Part shown: one piece after another, positions 28,899 through 39,044 of the stretch
Layout of the letters: every line of letters starts with the position of its first letter
Numbering within the stretch: the first letter of the stretch is position 1
Source of the DNA: a virus
Length of the DNA stretch: 64,000 nt
Reading direction: 5' to 3' (one strand)
IMG/VR virus record: IMGVR_UViG_3300007214_000060
Span: 29,397 to 93,396 of that record
Made by a program: the position numbers and the translations under genes
Notes under the pieces: model-generated
Told to the model about the DNA's origin: nothing
The model's database searches: none
Seen by the model: the letters and a program-made list of their open reading frames with translations, nothing else

Positions 28899-30790
28899 GT
28901 TATAGCGTATTGCATTGTCATTCGACATACTCTCTGTTGGATGGACTTTCTAAGCCTGATCAGATAGCTTCAAGATGCAAAGAAATAGGTGTTAATAATT
29001 GCGCCTTAACGGATCACGGCAACATATCCGGGGCTGTTAAATTTTATTCTGCTATGAAGCGAGCTGGAATAAAACCTATTTTAGGGTGTGAGCTATATAT
29101 TTGCAACGATCATTCGTCAATTAAAGAAACATCAAATAGAGATCTAACTCATTTTATAGTACTAGCAAAAAATTATAATGGCTGGAAGAGTCTAATTAAA
29201 TTAGTATCAGAATCAAATAAAATTGATAATTTCTATCACAAACCAAGACTAAGTTTACAGCAGCTATCTGAGTTTGCTAATGGGCAGAATCTTATAGCAA
29301 TAGTCGGTCATCTTGGCTCATTATTAGCAGACAAAATTATAATAAATAATTCTATTGTTGGTAATTGGAAAGACATTGGAGTTGAAACAATAAATAAAAT
29401 TAAAGAAATTTTTGGTGATAATAATTTGTTTTTGGAAGCACAGTTAATGGACAAGGAAAATATACCAATACAAACAGAGCTAACAGAATGTATTAGAGAA
29501 CTTGGTAAATTAACAAACACAAAAGTTATCTGCACTCCGGACGCTCATTATTGCAGGAAAGAGGACGCTGTTGATCAAAGAGTTTTGTTGTGCAATAATC
29601 TGAAAACAACTTTCCCTGAAATAAATAGAAAAATTAGTAATAACGAAGACGTACCAATGTCTTGCTTTTTCTTATCTGATAATTATCACATATTGTCTTA
29701 CGAGGAAATTAAAAATTTACATACCCAAGAAGAAATAGACAATACGAACTATGTAGCATCTTTGATAGACGAATACGACATATTGAGTGGGCCAAACCTA
29801 CCTAAATATCAATGCCCAGATGATCTAGATCCGGATGAATATTTAAGACACCTTTGTAGAAAAGGATGGAAAGAAAAGATAGAATCAAAAATTCCAAAGG
29901 AAGATCAAACAAATTACGTTGACAGGATCAAACACGAACTAGATGTTTTGCAAAAGGCTAAATTAAGTAGTTACTTCTTAATTGTACAGGATATTCTGAG
30001 TTTTGTAAAAAGTAATGGGTGGCTACCTTCTCCTGGTAGGGGTAGCGCAGCTGGTTGCCTTGTGTCCTATTTAATAGGTATTACTAATATAGATCCTATA
30101 AAATATGATTTATTATTTGAAAGATTTTATAATGTTGGAAGATCCTCTGGAAACAAAATTTCTTTACCAGATATTGATGTTGATGTGCCGATATTAAAAA
30201 GAGAATATGTAATAGAATATATAAAAAATAAGTATGGATCAGATAAGGTTTCTCAGATGATAACGTTTAATACTATGAAAGGAAGAGGTGCGTTAAAAGA
30301 CGTACTAAGAGTTTACGGGAATATTAGTTTTGAAGAGATGAACAATATAACAAAATATATTCCAGACGAAGCTAAAATTTCTGATGAGCTTCAAGAAATG
30401 AAAGAGGAAACTGGAGAAGCTTCAATTATAAGATGGGCTTTAGAAAATAATGGAGACAAACTAAAAGAATGGTGTTACTTAGACGAAAATAATGAGCTTC
30501 AAGGCCCACTGTCTAAAAGATTTGAGCAAGCAATGCGATTGGAGGGAACAAAAACTAATCAGTCTAAACACGCCGCCGGTATAGCTGTTAGCTCCATGCC
30601 ATTGCACGAGTTGTGTCCTATGATATATGATACAAAGACACACCAACCCATCGCGGGTATGGAGATGCAAGACCTGGAGAGTATTGGGATCATTAAACTA
30701 GATATCCTCGGCATAGCCTTGCTAGATAAAATTATGAATATATCTGAATTACTAAAAGAAGGAGTAGAATATGTCAACCAAAAAATTTAA
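28895..30790 (+). CDS. dnaE: DNA polymerase III alpha, N-terminal part (PHP plus palm/thumb)
   Basis: HCHSTYSLLDG, TDHGN, GRGSAAG, FERF, PDIDVD, HAAG; ends shortly after KLDILG. Confidence 0.92.
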   Translation: MSYSVLHCHSTYSLLDGLSKPDQIASRCKEIGVNNCALTDHGNISGAVKFYSAMKRAGIKPILGCELYICNDHSSIKETSNRDLTHFIVLAKNYNGWKSLIKLVSESNKIDNFYHKPRLSLQQLSEFANGQNLIAIVGHLGSLLADKIIINNSIVGNWKDIGVETINKIKEIFGDNNLFLEAQLMDKENIPIQTELTECIRELGKLTNTKVICTPDAHYCRKEDAVDQRVLLCNNLKTTFPEINRKISNNEDVPMSCFFLSDNYHILSYEEIKNLHTQEEIDNTNYVASLIDEYDILSGPNLPKYQCPDDLDPDEYLRHLCRKGWKEKIESKIPKEDQTNYVDRIKHELDVLQKAKLSSYFLIVQDILSFVKSNGWLPSPGRGSAAGCLVSYLIGITNIDPIKYDLLFERFYNVGRSSGNKISLPDIDVDVPILKREYVIEYIKNKYGSDKVSQMITFNTMKGRGALKDVLRVYGNISFEEMNNITKYIPDEAKISDELQEMKEETGEASIIRWALENNGDKLKEWCYLDENNELQGPLSKRFEQAMRLEGTKTNQSKHAAGIAVSSMPLHELCPMIYDTKTHQPIAGMEMQDLESIGIIKLDILGIALLDKIMNISELLKEGVEYVNQKI

Positions 30791-30965
30791 AGATATTAAT
30801 ATTGATCAAGTTTTTACATATAAAAACACACAATATAAAAAAATTCCAGAAAAAAAGATAAGTTGCTGCAAGCGACTGAACGCTTGTGCTGTTGGGTCTA
30901 AAAAAACAGAGATACAAATCAATCCACTAGAAGATGTAGAGGTTGATGATAATGAACAAAAATAA
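30771..30965 (+). CDS. Small hypothetical protein
   Basis: AAGGAG RBS; overlaps both neighbours. Confidence 0.55.
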   Translation: MSTKKFKDINIDQVFTYKNTQYKKIPEKKISCCKRLNACAVGSKKTEIQINPLEDVEVDDNEQK

Positions 30966-31638
30966 AATTTGCGTATTTGATATGGAGACCGACGGATCCG
31001 ACCCCAAAATATGCAGTCCGGTACAATTGGCTGCTGTAATGGTGGATCCAGTAAATTTGGAGATAATAGAAGATTCAGAATTCAACATTAAACTAAAACC
31101 AGAAACGCTTGAGCAGGATGAGTCTTATCAGTATACTACTGACATCTTAGATTTTCACGCAAAGGTCAAAGGCTGTTCAAAAGATGATATTTTAAGAGAC
31201 TGGAAAACATATCAATCCCAACAACACGGATGGGATATGTTTGTAAATTATCTAGATAAATATCATACAAGATCAACTAAAAAAAGTCAATTTAGTGCGC
31301 CAATAGCCGCTGGGTATAACATCTATAGGTTCGATTTGGTTATAGTTAATAGATTAAGTAATAAGTACAACAACACCAATAAAGAAGGTCAAACAGATCT
31401 GTTTTATCCTAGAGATGTTGTTGACATGATGAATTTAGTTTTTTATTGGTTTGAAAATAGCAACGACTTAAAAAGCTACACCTTGGATAATCTTCGTGAT
31501 TATCTTGGTATCAGTAAAGATGGTGCGCACGACGCAATGAAAGACGTATATGATACTGCTAATATATTAATTAGATTTTTAAGACTACATAGAAATTTAT
31601 CTCAAAAAATTAAGTTTAAATCTGCTTTTCAAAAATAA
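30952..31638 (+). CDS. DEDDh 3'-5' exonuclease (DnaQ/epsilon-like)
   Basis: VFDMETDG, AGYNIYRFD, HDAMKDV. Confidence 0.88.
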   Translation: MNKNKICVFDMETDGSDPKICSPVQLAAVMVDPVNLEIIEDSEFNIKLKPETLEQDESYQYTTDILDFHAKVKGCSKDDILRDWKTYQSQQHGWDMFVNYLDKYHTRSTKKSQFSAPIAAGYNIYRFDLVIVNRLSNKYNNTNKEGQTDLFYPRDVVDMMNLVFYWFENSNDLKSYTLDNLRDYLGISKDGAHDAMKDVYDTANILIRFLRLHRNLSQKIKFKSAFQK

Positions 31639-31639
31639 A

Positions 31640-33259
31640 ATGTCAAATAGCCAGTTCACATATCCTTGCGGATGTTGTTTTGCGACGGATGTGGTTGATA
31701 ACAAAAAAAGTTTAGTATTTGATACAAATATAGATAATATTAATCTTGGTTGTTCTAAAACTTGGGATATTATTGCGTCTGGAAATACAAAAGGAATTTT
31801 TCAATTAGAATCTAGGCTAGGAAGATCCATAGCAAAAAAATTGAAACCAGAAAATATAGATCAACTATCTGCTCTTATAGCAATTTTAAGACCAGGAACA
31901 CTAGAGGCTTATAGAGATGGTAAAAGTGTAACACAACACTATATAGATAAAAAAAATGGTTTAGAAAGCATTGATTATTTTCACCCATCTTTGGAACCTA
32001 TACTTAAAAGCACTCTCGGGGAGTTAATCTATCAGGAGCAAGCCATGAGAATAGCGTCCGATATAGCCGGATTTACTTTACAGGAGGCCGATGAACTAAG
32101 AAAAGCTATTGGTAAAAAATTAGCAGATAAAATGGCTCAGGTCAAAGAAAAGTTTATAGACGGATGCAACAAACTAAAAATAGTGACTAATGACGAGGCT
32201 CTTCAAATTTTTGGTTGGATAGAGAAATCACAAAGATATTTATTCAATGCTAGTCACAGCGTTAGCTATGCAATGAACGCGTACCTGTCAGCCTATGCAA
32301 AATCTCATTTTACAAAAATATTTTTTGCATCCTATTTAAAATTTGCTAAAGATAAAATGAACCCTCAGGAAGAAATTAAAGCATTAGTTCAAAACGCAAA
32401 CGAGATGGACATAACAGTTAGCACTCCAGATATACGATTAATGAATCAAAACTTTGTTTTAAAACATAATAAGATCTATTTTGGATTAACAGATATCAAA
32501 GGTTTCGGAGATTCTGTTTTTAGTAAATTAAAAAATATCATAGATTCTACAAAAATTAACCCGTACGAATCATGGCTAACAACACTGTTTAATGTATTGC
32601 TAAACATCAACTCAGTAGCAGCAAAATCTCTAATAGAGAGTGGCTCGGTGAGTTTTCTTGGTAAATCAAGAAATAGTATGTTATTTGAACTAAATATAGC
32701 GCAAAAATTAACCAATAAAGAAATAGAGTTTATTTTGGGCATATTAGATAATGCAAAAACATTAAAGGATTGTTTGTGTCTGTTGAAAAATAAACCAAGA
32801 ACAACAAAAAATAGACTCAAAGCTATAGATGATTTAATCGTATCTATAAATAATCCACCATATTCACTACAGGATACGCCGGAATGGATAGCAGATGTTG
32901 AAGACAGTTGCCTTGGGTGCTCGATAACTTGCTCAAAGCTAGATCTTTATGACATAAGTATGTGCAATTGTTCTTGTAGAGACTTTAAAAATGGAAAACA
33001 AAAAAGCGTTATAATAGGCGGTGAAATAGATTATATTAATGTTACAAAAACAAAGACTGGAAAATCAAAAGGATCTGATATGTGTTTCGTTAATTTAACT
33101 GATCAGACCGGTAGCATTGATAACGTTATATTTTTTCCTGAACAATATAAAAAACATAAAAATTTGTTATTCCAAGGAAATATCGTTATATTATTTGGAG
33201 ATAGAAGCAAAAGCGGCGACGGCCTAATCGTAGAAAAAGCATATGTAGCTAGAACTTGA
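31640..33259 (+). CDS. dnaE: DNA polymerase III alpha, C-terminal part (fingers, HhH, OB fold)
   Basis: GIFQLES, ILRPG, IYQEQ, ADELRKAIGKK, FNASH, FGLTDIKGFG, OB-fold MCFVNLTDQTG. Confidence 0.92.
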   Translation: MSNSQFTYPCGCCFATDVVDNKKSLVFDTNIDNINLGCSKTWDIIASGNTKGIFQLESRLGRSIAKKLKPENIDQLSALIAILRPGTLEAYRDGKSVTQHYIDKKNGLESIDYFHPSLEPILKSTLGELIYQEQAMRIASDIAGFTLQEADELRKAIGKKLADKMAQVKEKFIDGCNKLKIVTNDEALQIFGWIEKSQRYLFNASHSVSYAMNAYLSAYAKSHFTKIFFASYLKFAKDKMNPQEEIKALVQNANEMDITVSTPDIRLMNQNFVLKHNKIYFGLTDIKGFGDSVFSKLKNIIDSTKINPYESWLTTLFNVLLNINSVAAKSLIESGSVSFLGKSRNSMLFELNIAQKLTNKEIEFILGILDNAKTLKDCLCLLKNKPRTTKNRLKAIDDLIVSINNPPYSLQDTPEWIADVEDSCLGCSITCSKLDLYDISMCNCSCRDFKNGKQKSVIIGGEIDYINVTKTKTGKSKGSDMCFVNLTDQTGSIDNVIFFPEQYKKHKNLLFQGNIVILFGDRSKSGDGLIVEKAYVART

Positions 33260-33284
33260 CCTCCGCTACCCAACGACATATAAT
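33256..33284 (+). promoter_or_regulatory. Sigma70-type promoter for ssb
   Basis: TTGACC(33256-33261)-N17-TATAAT(33279-33284). Confidence 0.75.
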
Positions 33285-33329
33285 ATTGCTAGTTGGTATT
33301 TGGTTTTTTACTTTAAAAGGAGATATCTA

Positions 33330-33719
33330 ATGAATATCGTTATGTTAAGGGGTAACCTTGCTCGTGATCCGGAACTAAGAACAGTAAATATCGGCAACAA
33401 GTCTACTTCTGTTGTAAACTTCACAGTTGCAACTAACAGGGAGTTTACAAAAGCCGACGGAACAACCGACAAAGTAACTTCTTTTATTCAGTGCGAGGCT
33501 TGGGATAGCGGAGCTGAGGCTATTGCTTCATCTTTTAGTAAGGGTGATCTGGTAATGGTCGAGGGGAGTCTTCGTAACGACTCTTGGGAAAAGGATGGTG
33601 TTAAGCACAGCACTATTAAGGTTAGGGTAAATAATTTTGGCAAAATTGTCAAGTCAAAGAGACAAGATAAGCCAGCTAAGAACGATCCAGAGACTGCCGA
33701 GGAAACGGTTGCGTTCTGA
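33330..33719 (+). CDS. ssb: Single-stranded DNA-binding protein
   Basis: MNIVMLRGNLARDPELR, KGDLVMVEGSL, acidic tail ending AF; AGGAG RBS before ATG 33330. Confidence 0.93.
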   Translation: MNIVMLRGNLARDPELRTVNIGNKSTSVVNFTVATNREFTKADGTTDKVTSFIQCEAWDSGAEAIASSFSKGDLVMVEGSLRNDSWEKDGVKHSTIKVRVNNFGKIVKSKRQDKPAKNDPETAEETVAF

Positions 33720-33740
33720 TCGAGATTAATATAATTCAAT

Positions 33741-33780
33741 TGGTGGCGGGATATCTCTTACTAGGGGTATCCCGTCACTA
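33741..33780 (+). terminator. 18-bp RNA hairpin downstream of ssb (terminator or processing site)
   Basis: TGGTGGCGGGATATCTCT-TACT-AGGGGTATCCCGTCACTA; all four non-WC pairs are G-U on the + strand. Confidence 0.65.
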
Positions 33781-33813
33781 TTATTGAACATAGAATACCA
33801 TTATCATATATTT

Positions 33814-35460
33814 ATGAAAAAATATAAAGTTCTAGTAGCAACAGATGCAAGTTTTTTGGCTAGCGGATACGGAATCTACGCCAAAGAAATATTGTCAAGA
33901 ATGCACAAAAGCTCTAAGTACGAAGTTGCAGAGTTGTCGTGTTACGCTATGACCAACTCCGATAAATTAAAAACAATACCGTGGAAAACCTATCCTAACG
34001 CTGTTGATACGAAAGACGAAAGATACAAAACTTACTCAGAAAACAAAATAAATCAGTTTGGAGCATGGAGATTTACAAGAACTCTTCTGGATTTTAAGCC
34101 AGATATTGTGTTGACATGGACAGATTATTGGATGTATTCTTATCAAGAAACGAATCCTCTTAGAAAGTATTTTTATTGGATTCAAATGCCTATGGTAGAC
34201 TCTGCTCCACAAAAAATTGAATGGCTATATACTTACGCTAATGCCGATGCGGTGATACCGTATACCATGTGGGCTAAGAAGACTCTGTCCGACGCTTGTG
34301 GAAATCAAATTTCTTTGTTTGATAAACCCGCTAATGCTGGTATAAATAGTAATGAGTTCTTTAGATTAGATAATAAAAAAGAGTTAAGAAAAAAATATTT
34401 TGGTGAAGAAGATGTGGATGTAATAGGAACAGTAATGAGAAATCAAAAAAGAAAACTGTTTCCAGATATTTTGCAAATTTTTCGAGATTATCTTAAAAGA
34501 TTAAAAGATGAAAATAAACTAGATAAATATAATAAAACATACTTATATCTACACACATCATACCCAGAAGAGGTGGGGTGGAATTTTCCTACATTATTAC
34601 TAGAATATGAGTTACTTGACAAAGTGTATTTTTCTTATGTTTGTAGAAATTGTGGAAATTTTAGTCCATCAAAATTTGTTGGGGCGGTTAAAAAATGCGA
34701 CGGTTGTGGCGGAAACACAGCCAGTATGCCAAGCGTTAGTTATGGCGTCGATACCAAAACTCTAAATATTGTTTACAATTTATTTGACTTCTATTTACAA
34801 TACGCAATAGCAGAAGGGTTTGGTATGCCGGCGGTTGAAGCTGCTGCTTGCGGAATACCGTTTGCTTCTGTGGACTACAGTGCAATGTCAGAAATAGCTG
34901 ATAACTTATCTGGAATAAAAATACCAGTAGAAAGAATTTTTAGAGAAATTGAAACTAATGCTGATAGAGTATATCCGGATAATAAATTTACTTTAGATTT
35001 AATATATAATTTTTTTAACATTATGACGGATCGATATAAAATAGAATGGTCAAATAACATACAAAGTAAATGCTATAATATATATACATGGGATAATGTT
35101 TATGAGGTTTGGGATCAGTGCATAACTAGTGTTGTCTCCAGCCGTAGTAAATTACCTTGGTCATCTCCTCAACAAAAAACCAATCACGGATCAATGTCAG
35201 TCCCATCCTCACTAAATACGAGAGATTTTATTTGGTATATATGTAATAACATAATTAATGATTCATATTTGTTTGAAACATCAAATATTCAATCCTTAAT
35301 TAAGGATGTTGTAGATCAATTGGTGGTCAGCAATAGCGTAATACATCATATTGATAAACAAAAAGTAGTTGAAATACTTGAAAATCATCTAAATAATAAA
35401 ATCATGTGTGAGGATTATAGAACATCTCCAAACAAGCTAAAAAAAGAGGACTATCTATGA
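33814..35460 (+). CDS. Glycosyltransferase, GT-B/GT4-like, with zinc-knuckle insert
   Basis: SGYG N-terminal motif, RNQKRK, EGFGMPAVEAAACG; CRNC...CDGC insert. Confidence 0.85.
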   Translation: MKKYKVLVATDASFLASGYGIYAKEILSRMHKSSKYEVAELSCYAMTNSDKLKTIPWKTYPNAVDTKDERYKTYSENKINQFGAWRFTRTLLDFKPDIVLTWTDYWMYSYQETNPLRKYFYWIQMPMVDSAPQKIEWLYTYANADAVIPYTMWAKKTLSDACGNQISLFDKPANAGINSNEFFRLDNKKELRKKYFGEEDVDVIGTVMRNQKRKLFPDILQIFRDYLKRLKDENKLDKYNKTYLYLHTSYPEEVGWNFPTLLLEYELLDKVYFSYVCRNCGNFSPSKFVGAVKKCDGCGGNTASMPSVSYGVDTKTLNIVYNLFDFYLQYAIAEGFGMPAVEAAACGIPFASVDYSAMSEIADNLSGIKIPVERIFREIETNADRVYPDNKFTLDLIYNFFNIMTDRYKIEWSNNIQSKCYNIYTWDNVYEVWDQCITSVVSSRSKLPWSSPQQKTNHGSMSVPSSLNTRDFIWYICNNIINDSYLFETSNIQSLIKDVVDQLVVSNSVIHHIDKQKVVEILENHLNNKIMCEDYRTSPNKLKKEDYL

Positions 35461-36203
35461 GCATAAATTCAATCCACACATGCTGCAAAAAGTGTGTTTT
35501 TGCACAGTATAGCGACAAAACTCAAACGGGTTGCGATCTGGATTACATTAATAAGTACAGAAATAATAATGTGGAAATAATAGAAGCTTACGATGAAGAG
35601 CTTGAATTCTATGTTGTAAACAGCAAAAAATGCATAGGCTACAGAGAAGAGCCATTTTTTACAAAACTAAATATTATAGACAAACAACAGAGAGTAGCAT
35701 ATGTTTCCGAAACAAATAAAATACAATATCTCTGTGTGATAAATCTATATAACTTTGACAACGATCAGCTAAATAGTATGGTTGATACTTTTAGAGAATT
35801 ATCTATAAAACCAAATAAAATTATTTTTGTTAGATATAATACTAAACCAGCTATATTTAGTTATAATGTTATAAAAAACTTTCTTTCAGAAAGTGGTCTT
35901 GAGTGTGAGTGGAGAATCCAGACAATGGTAACAGAAGAATTATCCTACGCAGATATATTACATAATATTGTCAACTTAAATAAGAAATATAGATTTATTT
36001 TATCTATTAGTTCCCCAACAAAAAGCATTAATAGTATTGTGTCAACCGGTAACGAGATTGTTTACAGTCAACTTAAAGGGTTCAATGTCATCTCTAATGA
36101 ATCCAAAGACACTCTGCTTTTTCCAGGAGCAACATATCGGTATTCCTATGTGGTAGAAAAAAAGAATCTATTGAGCCAAAATGAAAATTATATATTCATA
36201 TGA
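35457..36203 (+). CDS. Hypothetical protein (Cys-containing N-terminus)
   Basis: CKKC...GC...C; ATGA-coupled to the GT gene. Confidence 0.5.
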   Translation: MSINSIHTCCKKCVFAQYSDKTQTGCDLDYINKYRNNNVEIIEAYDEELEFYVVNSKKCIGYREEPFFTKLNIIDKQQRVAYVSETNKIQYLCVINLYNFDNDQLNSMVDTFRELSIKPNKIIFVRYNTKPAIFSYNVIKNFLSESGLECEWRIQTMVTEELSYADILHNIVNLNKKYRFILSISSPTKSINSIVSTGNEIVYSQLKGFNVISNESKDTLLFPGATYRYSYVVEKKNLLSQNENYIFI

Positions 36204-36820
36204 ACTGCATAATACTTGGTGATAAACATAGCAAAGGAATGAAGAGTAGGGGGTGTCCAGCTTTAATACCATACGGTAAAAAGAAAAATCTATTCCAGCA
36301 CCAAAAAGAAACTTTAAGATCTATTTTTGGAGACGAATTAAGACTGATTTATATTCATGGTTTTGATAGCAAAAAATTTGTCGAATTCTTGGAGTACGAT
36401 TACGATAACAGCATTGTGTCGATCTATAATAGCAATTACGCTTCTTGTGGAGTTGCGGGATCTTTGAGCAAAGCAGCTCATCTTTTTGATCAAAAATCTT
36501 TGATAATTAATGGTTACAAAGAAATAAATAAAAAGCATATTAAAAAAATTGATATGCAGGACTCGTGCTCTCAGATTGTACTTGCCAAATCTGACGGATC
36601 GAGTTATGATAAGCCTGGTGGACTCATAATTGATGGATATATTAAAAATTTTGGATTTGATTTACAGAATAGGTTGGAAGAAATTTACTATTTAAATAAA
36701 GAGTGCTGCATTTTTTTACAATCAATATTAAGTAATGCAAAATATTCTAATTGTTTTTTGTTTGAGTTGCTTAATAAAACTATTAATAGTGGCCTATCAT
36801 TAAAACCAATATTTATATGA
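36200..36820 (+). CDS. Divergent sugar/choline-phosphate nucleotidyltransferase-like protein
   Basis: CIIL...KGMKS.GCPALI...LFQHQ...YNSNY resembles the NTP_transferase N-terminus but lacks the canonical LAAGxG. Confidence 0.5.
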   Translation: MNCIILGDKHSKGMKSRGCPALIPYGKKKNLFQHQKETLRSIFGDELRLIYIHGFDSKKFVEFLEYDYDNSIVSIYNSNYASCGVAGSLSKAAHLFDQKSLIINGYKEINKKHIKKIDMQDSCSQIVLAKSDGSSYDKPGGLIIDGYIKNFGFDLQNRLEEIYYLNKECCIFLQSILSNAKYSNCFLFELLNKTINSGLSLKPIFI

Positions 36821-37182
36821 AAAATTCATCTTTCGCAATATATTGCCGTAATATTGATGACGACTGTATTTCATTGGTGTTATCAACTAGACAATATTTG
36901 AATAAAACAAATAGTTATTACGATTTCTTTGTATTTGTTGACGACAATGCTAGAGCCAAACTGGGGTGTGCTAGTTTATCTTCTTTCTATATGAGGTTTT
37001 ATAAAGGAGGTATCGTTTTTACCAATCTAGAAGACTATTTATTAAATAAAGATAAGATTCTATCGAGTCATATTTTTATTATAACCACAGCCAAGGAATT
37101 GATTGAATATAATACGTTAAAAAATAAAATACTAAATGTAACAATTTTAAAAAATATTGATGGTGAGCTATATGAAGTATGA
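36817..37182 (+). CDS. Hypothetical protein
   Basis: Coupled ORF in operon. Confidence 0.5.
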   Translation: MKNSSFAIYCRNIDDDCISLVLSTRQYLNKTNSYYDFFVFVDDNARAKLGCASLSSFYMRFYKGGIVFTNLEDYLLNKDKILSSHIFIITTAKELIEYNTLKNKILNVTILKNIDGELYEV

Positions 37183-37954
37183 TAATTTAAGCGAACAAGA
37201 AAAAAGAAAAATAATCAAAACAGAATACGAGGACAACAAAAAAAGTTTTGCAGACATAGCAAAAGACCTTGAGACGTACAGTAACAGAATACGTCGTGAT
37301 GCGACAAAATTCAATATAAAAATAAGAAATAAAAGCGAAGCGCAAAGTAATGCTCTTGCTACTGGATCTAGTAAACATCCAACAAAAGGTAAAAATAGAA
37401 ATGATAGCGTAAAAGAAAAAATCGGTCTTGGAGTTTTGAAATCGTGGGAAAAATTAGATAATACCGAGCTTAACAATAGAAAAGAAAAAAGTCGTCAACA
37501 GTGGGAAAATTTATCCGATGATAAAAAAGCGGATATACTTAAACAAGCTAATGATGCTGTTAGACTAACAAGTAAAATTGGATCAAAATTAGAAAAGTAT
37601 TTATTGAACAGATTGCTTTCAGATGGATATCGTGTAGAATTCCACAAGGAACAGGTGCTGTCAAATACAAAATTACAGATAGATTTGTTCTTACCAGATA
37701 AAAATCTTGCAATAGAGGTTGACGGACCGTCTCATTTTGAACCTGTTTGGGGTTCTGATAATTTAAATAAAAACAAAAAATATGACAACAAAAAAAATGG
37801 ACTTATTTTAGGTAAAGGTTTGTATCTGATACGAATACAACAAGCCCGAGATTTTTCAAAAAGTAGAGCCATGTTGATTTACCAGGAACTAAAAAAATTT
37901 ATTGACGATCTTAGTGTAATTAATAAAACTAAAACAGCAACTATTAAGGATTAA
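37172..37954 (+). CDS. Putative homing-type endonuclease (basic DNA-binding N-region plus DUF559/Vsr-like nuclease)
   Basis: HPTKGK basic motif; SKLEK...QIDLFLP...AIEVDGPSH. Confidence 0.7.
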   Translation: MKYDNLSEQEKRKIIKTEYEDNKKSFADIAKDLETYSNRIRRDATKFNIKIRNKSEAQSNALATGSSKHPTKGKNRNDSVKEKIGLGVLKSWEKLDNTELNNRKEKSRQQWENLSDDKKADILKQANDAVRLTSKIGSKLEKYLLNRLLSDGYRVEFHKEQVLSNTKLQIDLFLPDKNLAIEVDGPSHFEPVWGSDNLNKNKKYDNKKNGLILGKGLYLIRIQQARDFSKSRAMLIYQELKKFIDDLSVINKTKTATIKD

Positions 37955-37958
37955 TTAA

Positions 37959-38687
37959 ATGTCTAAATCTAAAAAGTCGGAAATAATAGAAACACAATCA
38001 TCTGCGGTTGATACTAATAACAAAAAAATTAGCCCAAATGATATCGATTGGACTGATCACGTATTATCTCTCTTATCGGAAGATGAAAAAATAAATGGAA
38101 ATCCAACAACAGACGGATTGAGAAGAATTTTTGAAGTAGCATTAGATTGCTCGATTATAGATTCGTCTTCTTCTGTTGTTCAATCGCCATCTCCTGATAA
38201 TGAAAAAAGAGCAACCGTTGTTCATTCGCTAACTTATATTTTAAAAAATCATGGAGAAGATGACCCATTATTTAAAAGAAGGTCTGTGAGCGGCGCGGCA
38301 GACGTATATTGGGGTAATTGTGACAAAGTATACAGAAATCATCCAGTAGCAGTGGCAGAAACTAGAGCCGAGGGTAGGGCATTAAGGAGAGGTCTTAAAC
38401 TAAGAAAAGTAGTAGCTGCCGAAGAATTAGCCAAAGATATTGATGATCATCCAGATCATGATGCGGTAACTAAAATTACTAACAATCAAATTAATTTTAT
38501 CGATGTTTTAGGTAAAAGATTAGATGTAAATATTACAAAACTAATACAGAATCTTGCGCCAAATACTTCGAATATCTATAATATAGAGCACGAAAAAGCT
38601 GTTAGTGTTGTTCAGCATTTAACAAACTTTCAGCAAACCAACTCAGTGCCAAACGAATTGAAGGGCTACAGTTCTGATTGGAAATAA
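37959..38687 (+). CDS. Putative single-strand annealing (Rad52/Sak-like) protein
   Basis: AVAETRAEGRALRR motif; C-terminal ITNNQINFI helical domain. Confidence 0.45.
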   Translation: MSKSKKSEIIETQSSAVDTNNKKISPNDIDWTDHVLSLLSEDEKINGNPTTDGLRRIFEVALDCSIIDSSSSVVQSPSPDNEKRATVVHSLTYILKNHGEDDPLFKRRSVSGAADVYWGNCDKVYRNHPVAVAETRAEGRALRRGLKLRKVVAAEELAKDIDDHPDHDAVTKITNNQINFIDVLGKRLDVNITKLIQNLAPNTSNIYNIEHEKAVSVVQHLTNFQQTNSVPNELKGYSSDWK

Positions 38688-38714
38688 TTTTAGCCCATAA
38701 TAGGAGCTATAATT

Positions 38715-39044
38715 ATGAAAGTTAAATATAAAATTGGTGATAAATTAGAATTTGAATTGGAAGGCAGTGGCCAGAAAGAAATATTTAAGGAACTCGCTCT
38801 GATTCAGGAAATTTTTGCAGAAGAAAAGTGTGGGCTCTGTGGGAGTACGAATATAAGATTTATAGTAAGGAATGTTGATGGAAATGATTACTATGAGCTT
38901 AGGTGCTCTGACTGTGGAGCTGTGCTAGCTTTTGGTCAACACAAAAAGGGTGGAACTCTTTTTCCAAAAAGAAAAGATGATGACGGCAATTATCTACCAA
39001 ACAAGGGTTGGCATAAATATACCGCAACTAAAGATAAAAAATGA
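38715..39044 (+). CDS. Zinc-ribbon hypothetical protein
   Basis: CGLC...CSDC; AGGAG RBS. Confidence 0.6.
   Translation: MKVKYKIGDKLEFELEGSGQKEIFKELALIQEIFAEEKCGLCGSTNIRFIVRNVDGNDYYELRCSDCGAVLAFGQHKKGGTLFPKRKDDDGNYLPNKGWHKYTATKDKK

Noticed and set aside
30700-31800. Split intein joining the dnaE halves
   Set aside because: No Cys/Ser-initiated IntN after the N-half and no HN-[CST] IntC before the C-half
33784-33812. TTGAAC-N17-TATATT promoter for the glycosyltransferase
   Set aside because: The -10 would end 1 nt before the ATG at 33814, too close for a transcription start
987-37476. Short - strand ORFs opposite the + strand operons (e.g. 10076..10540, 11101..11604, 25682..26272)
   Set aside because: Overlap well-supported genes and show no motifs
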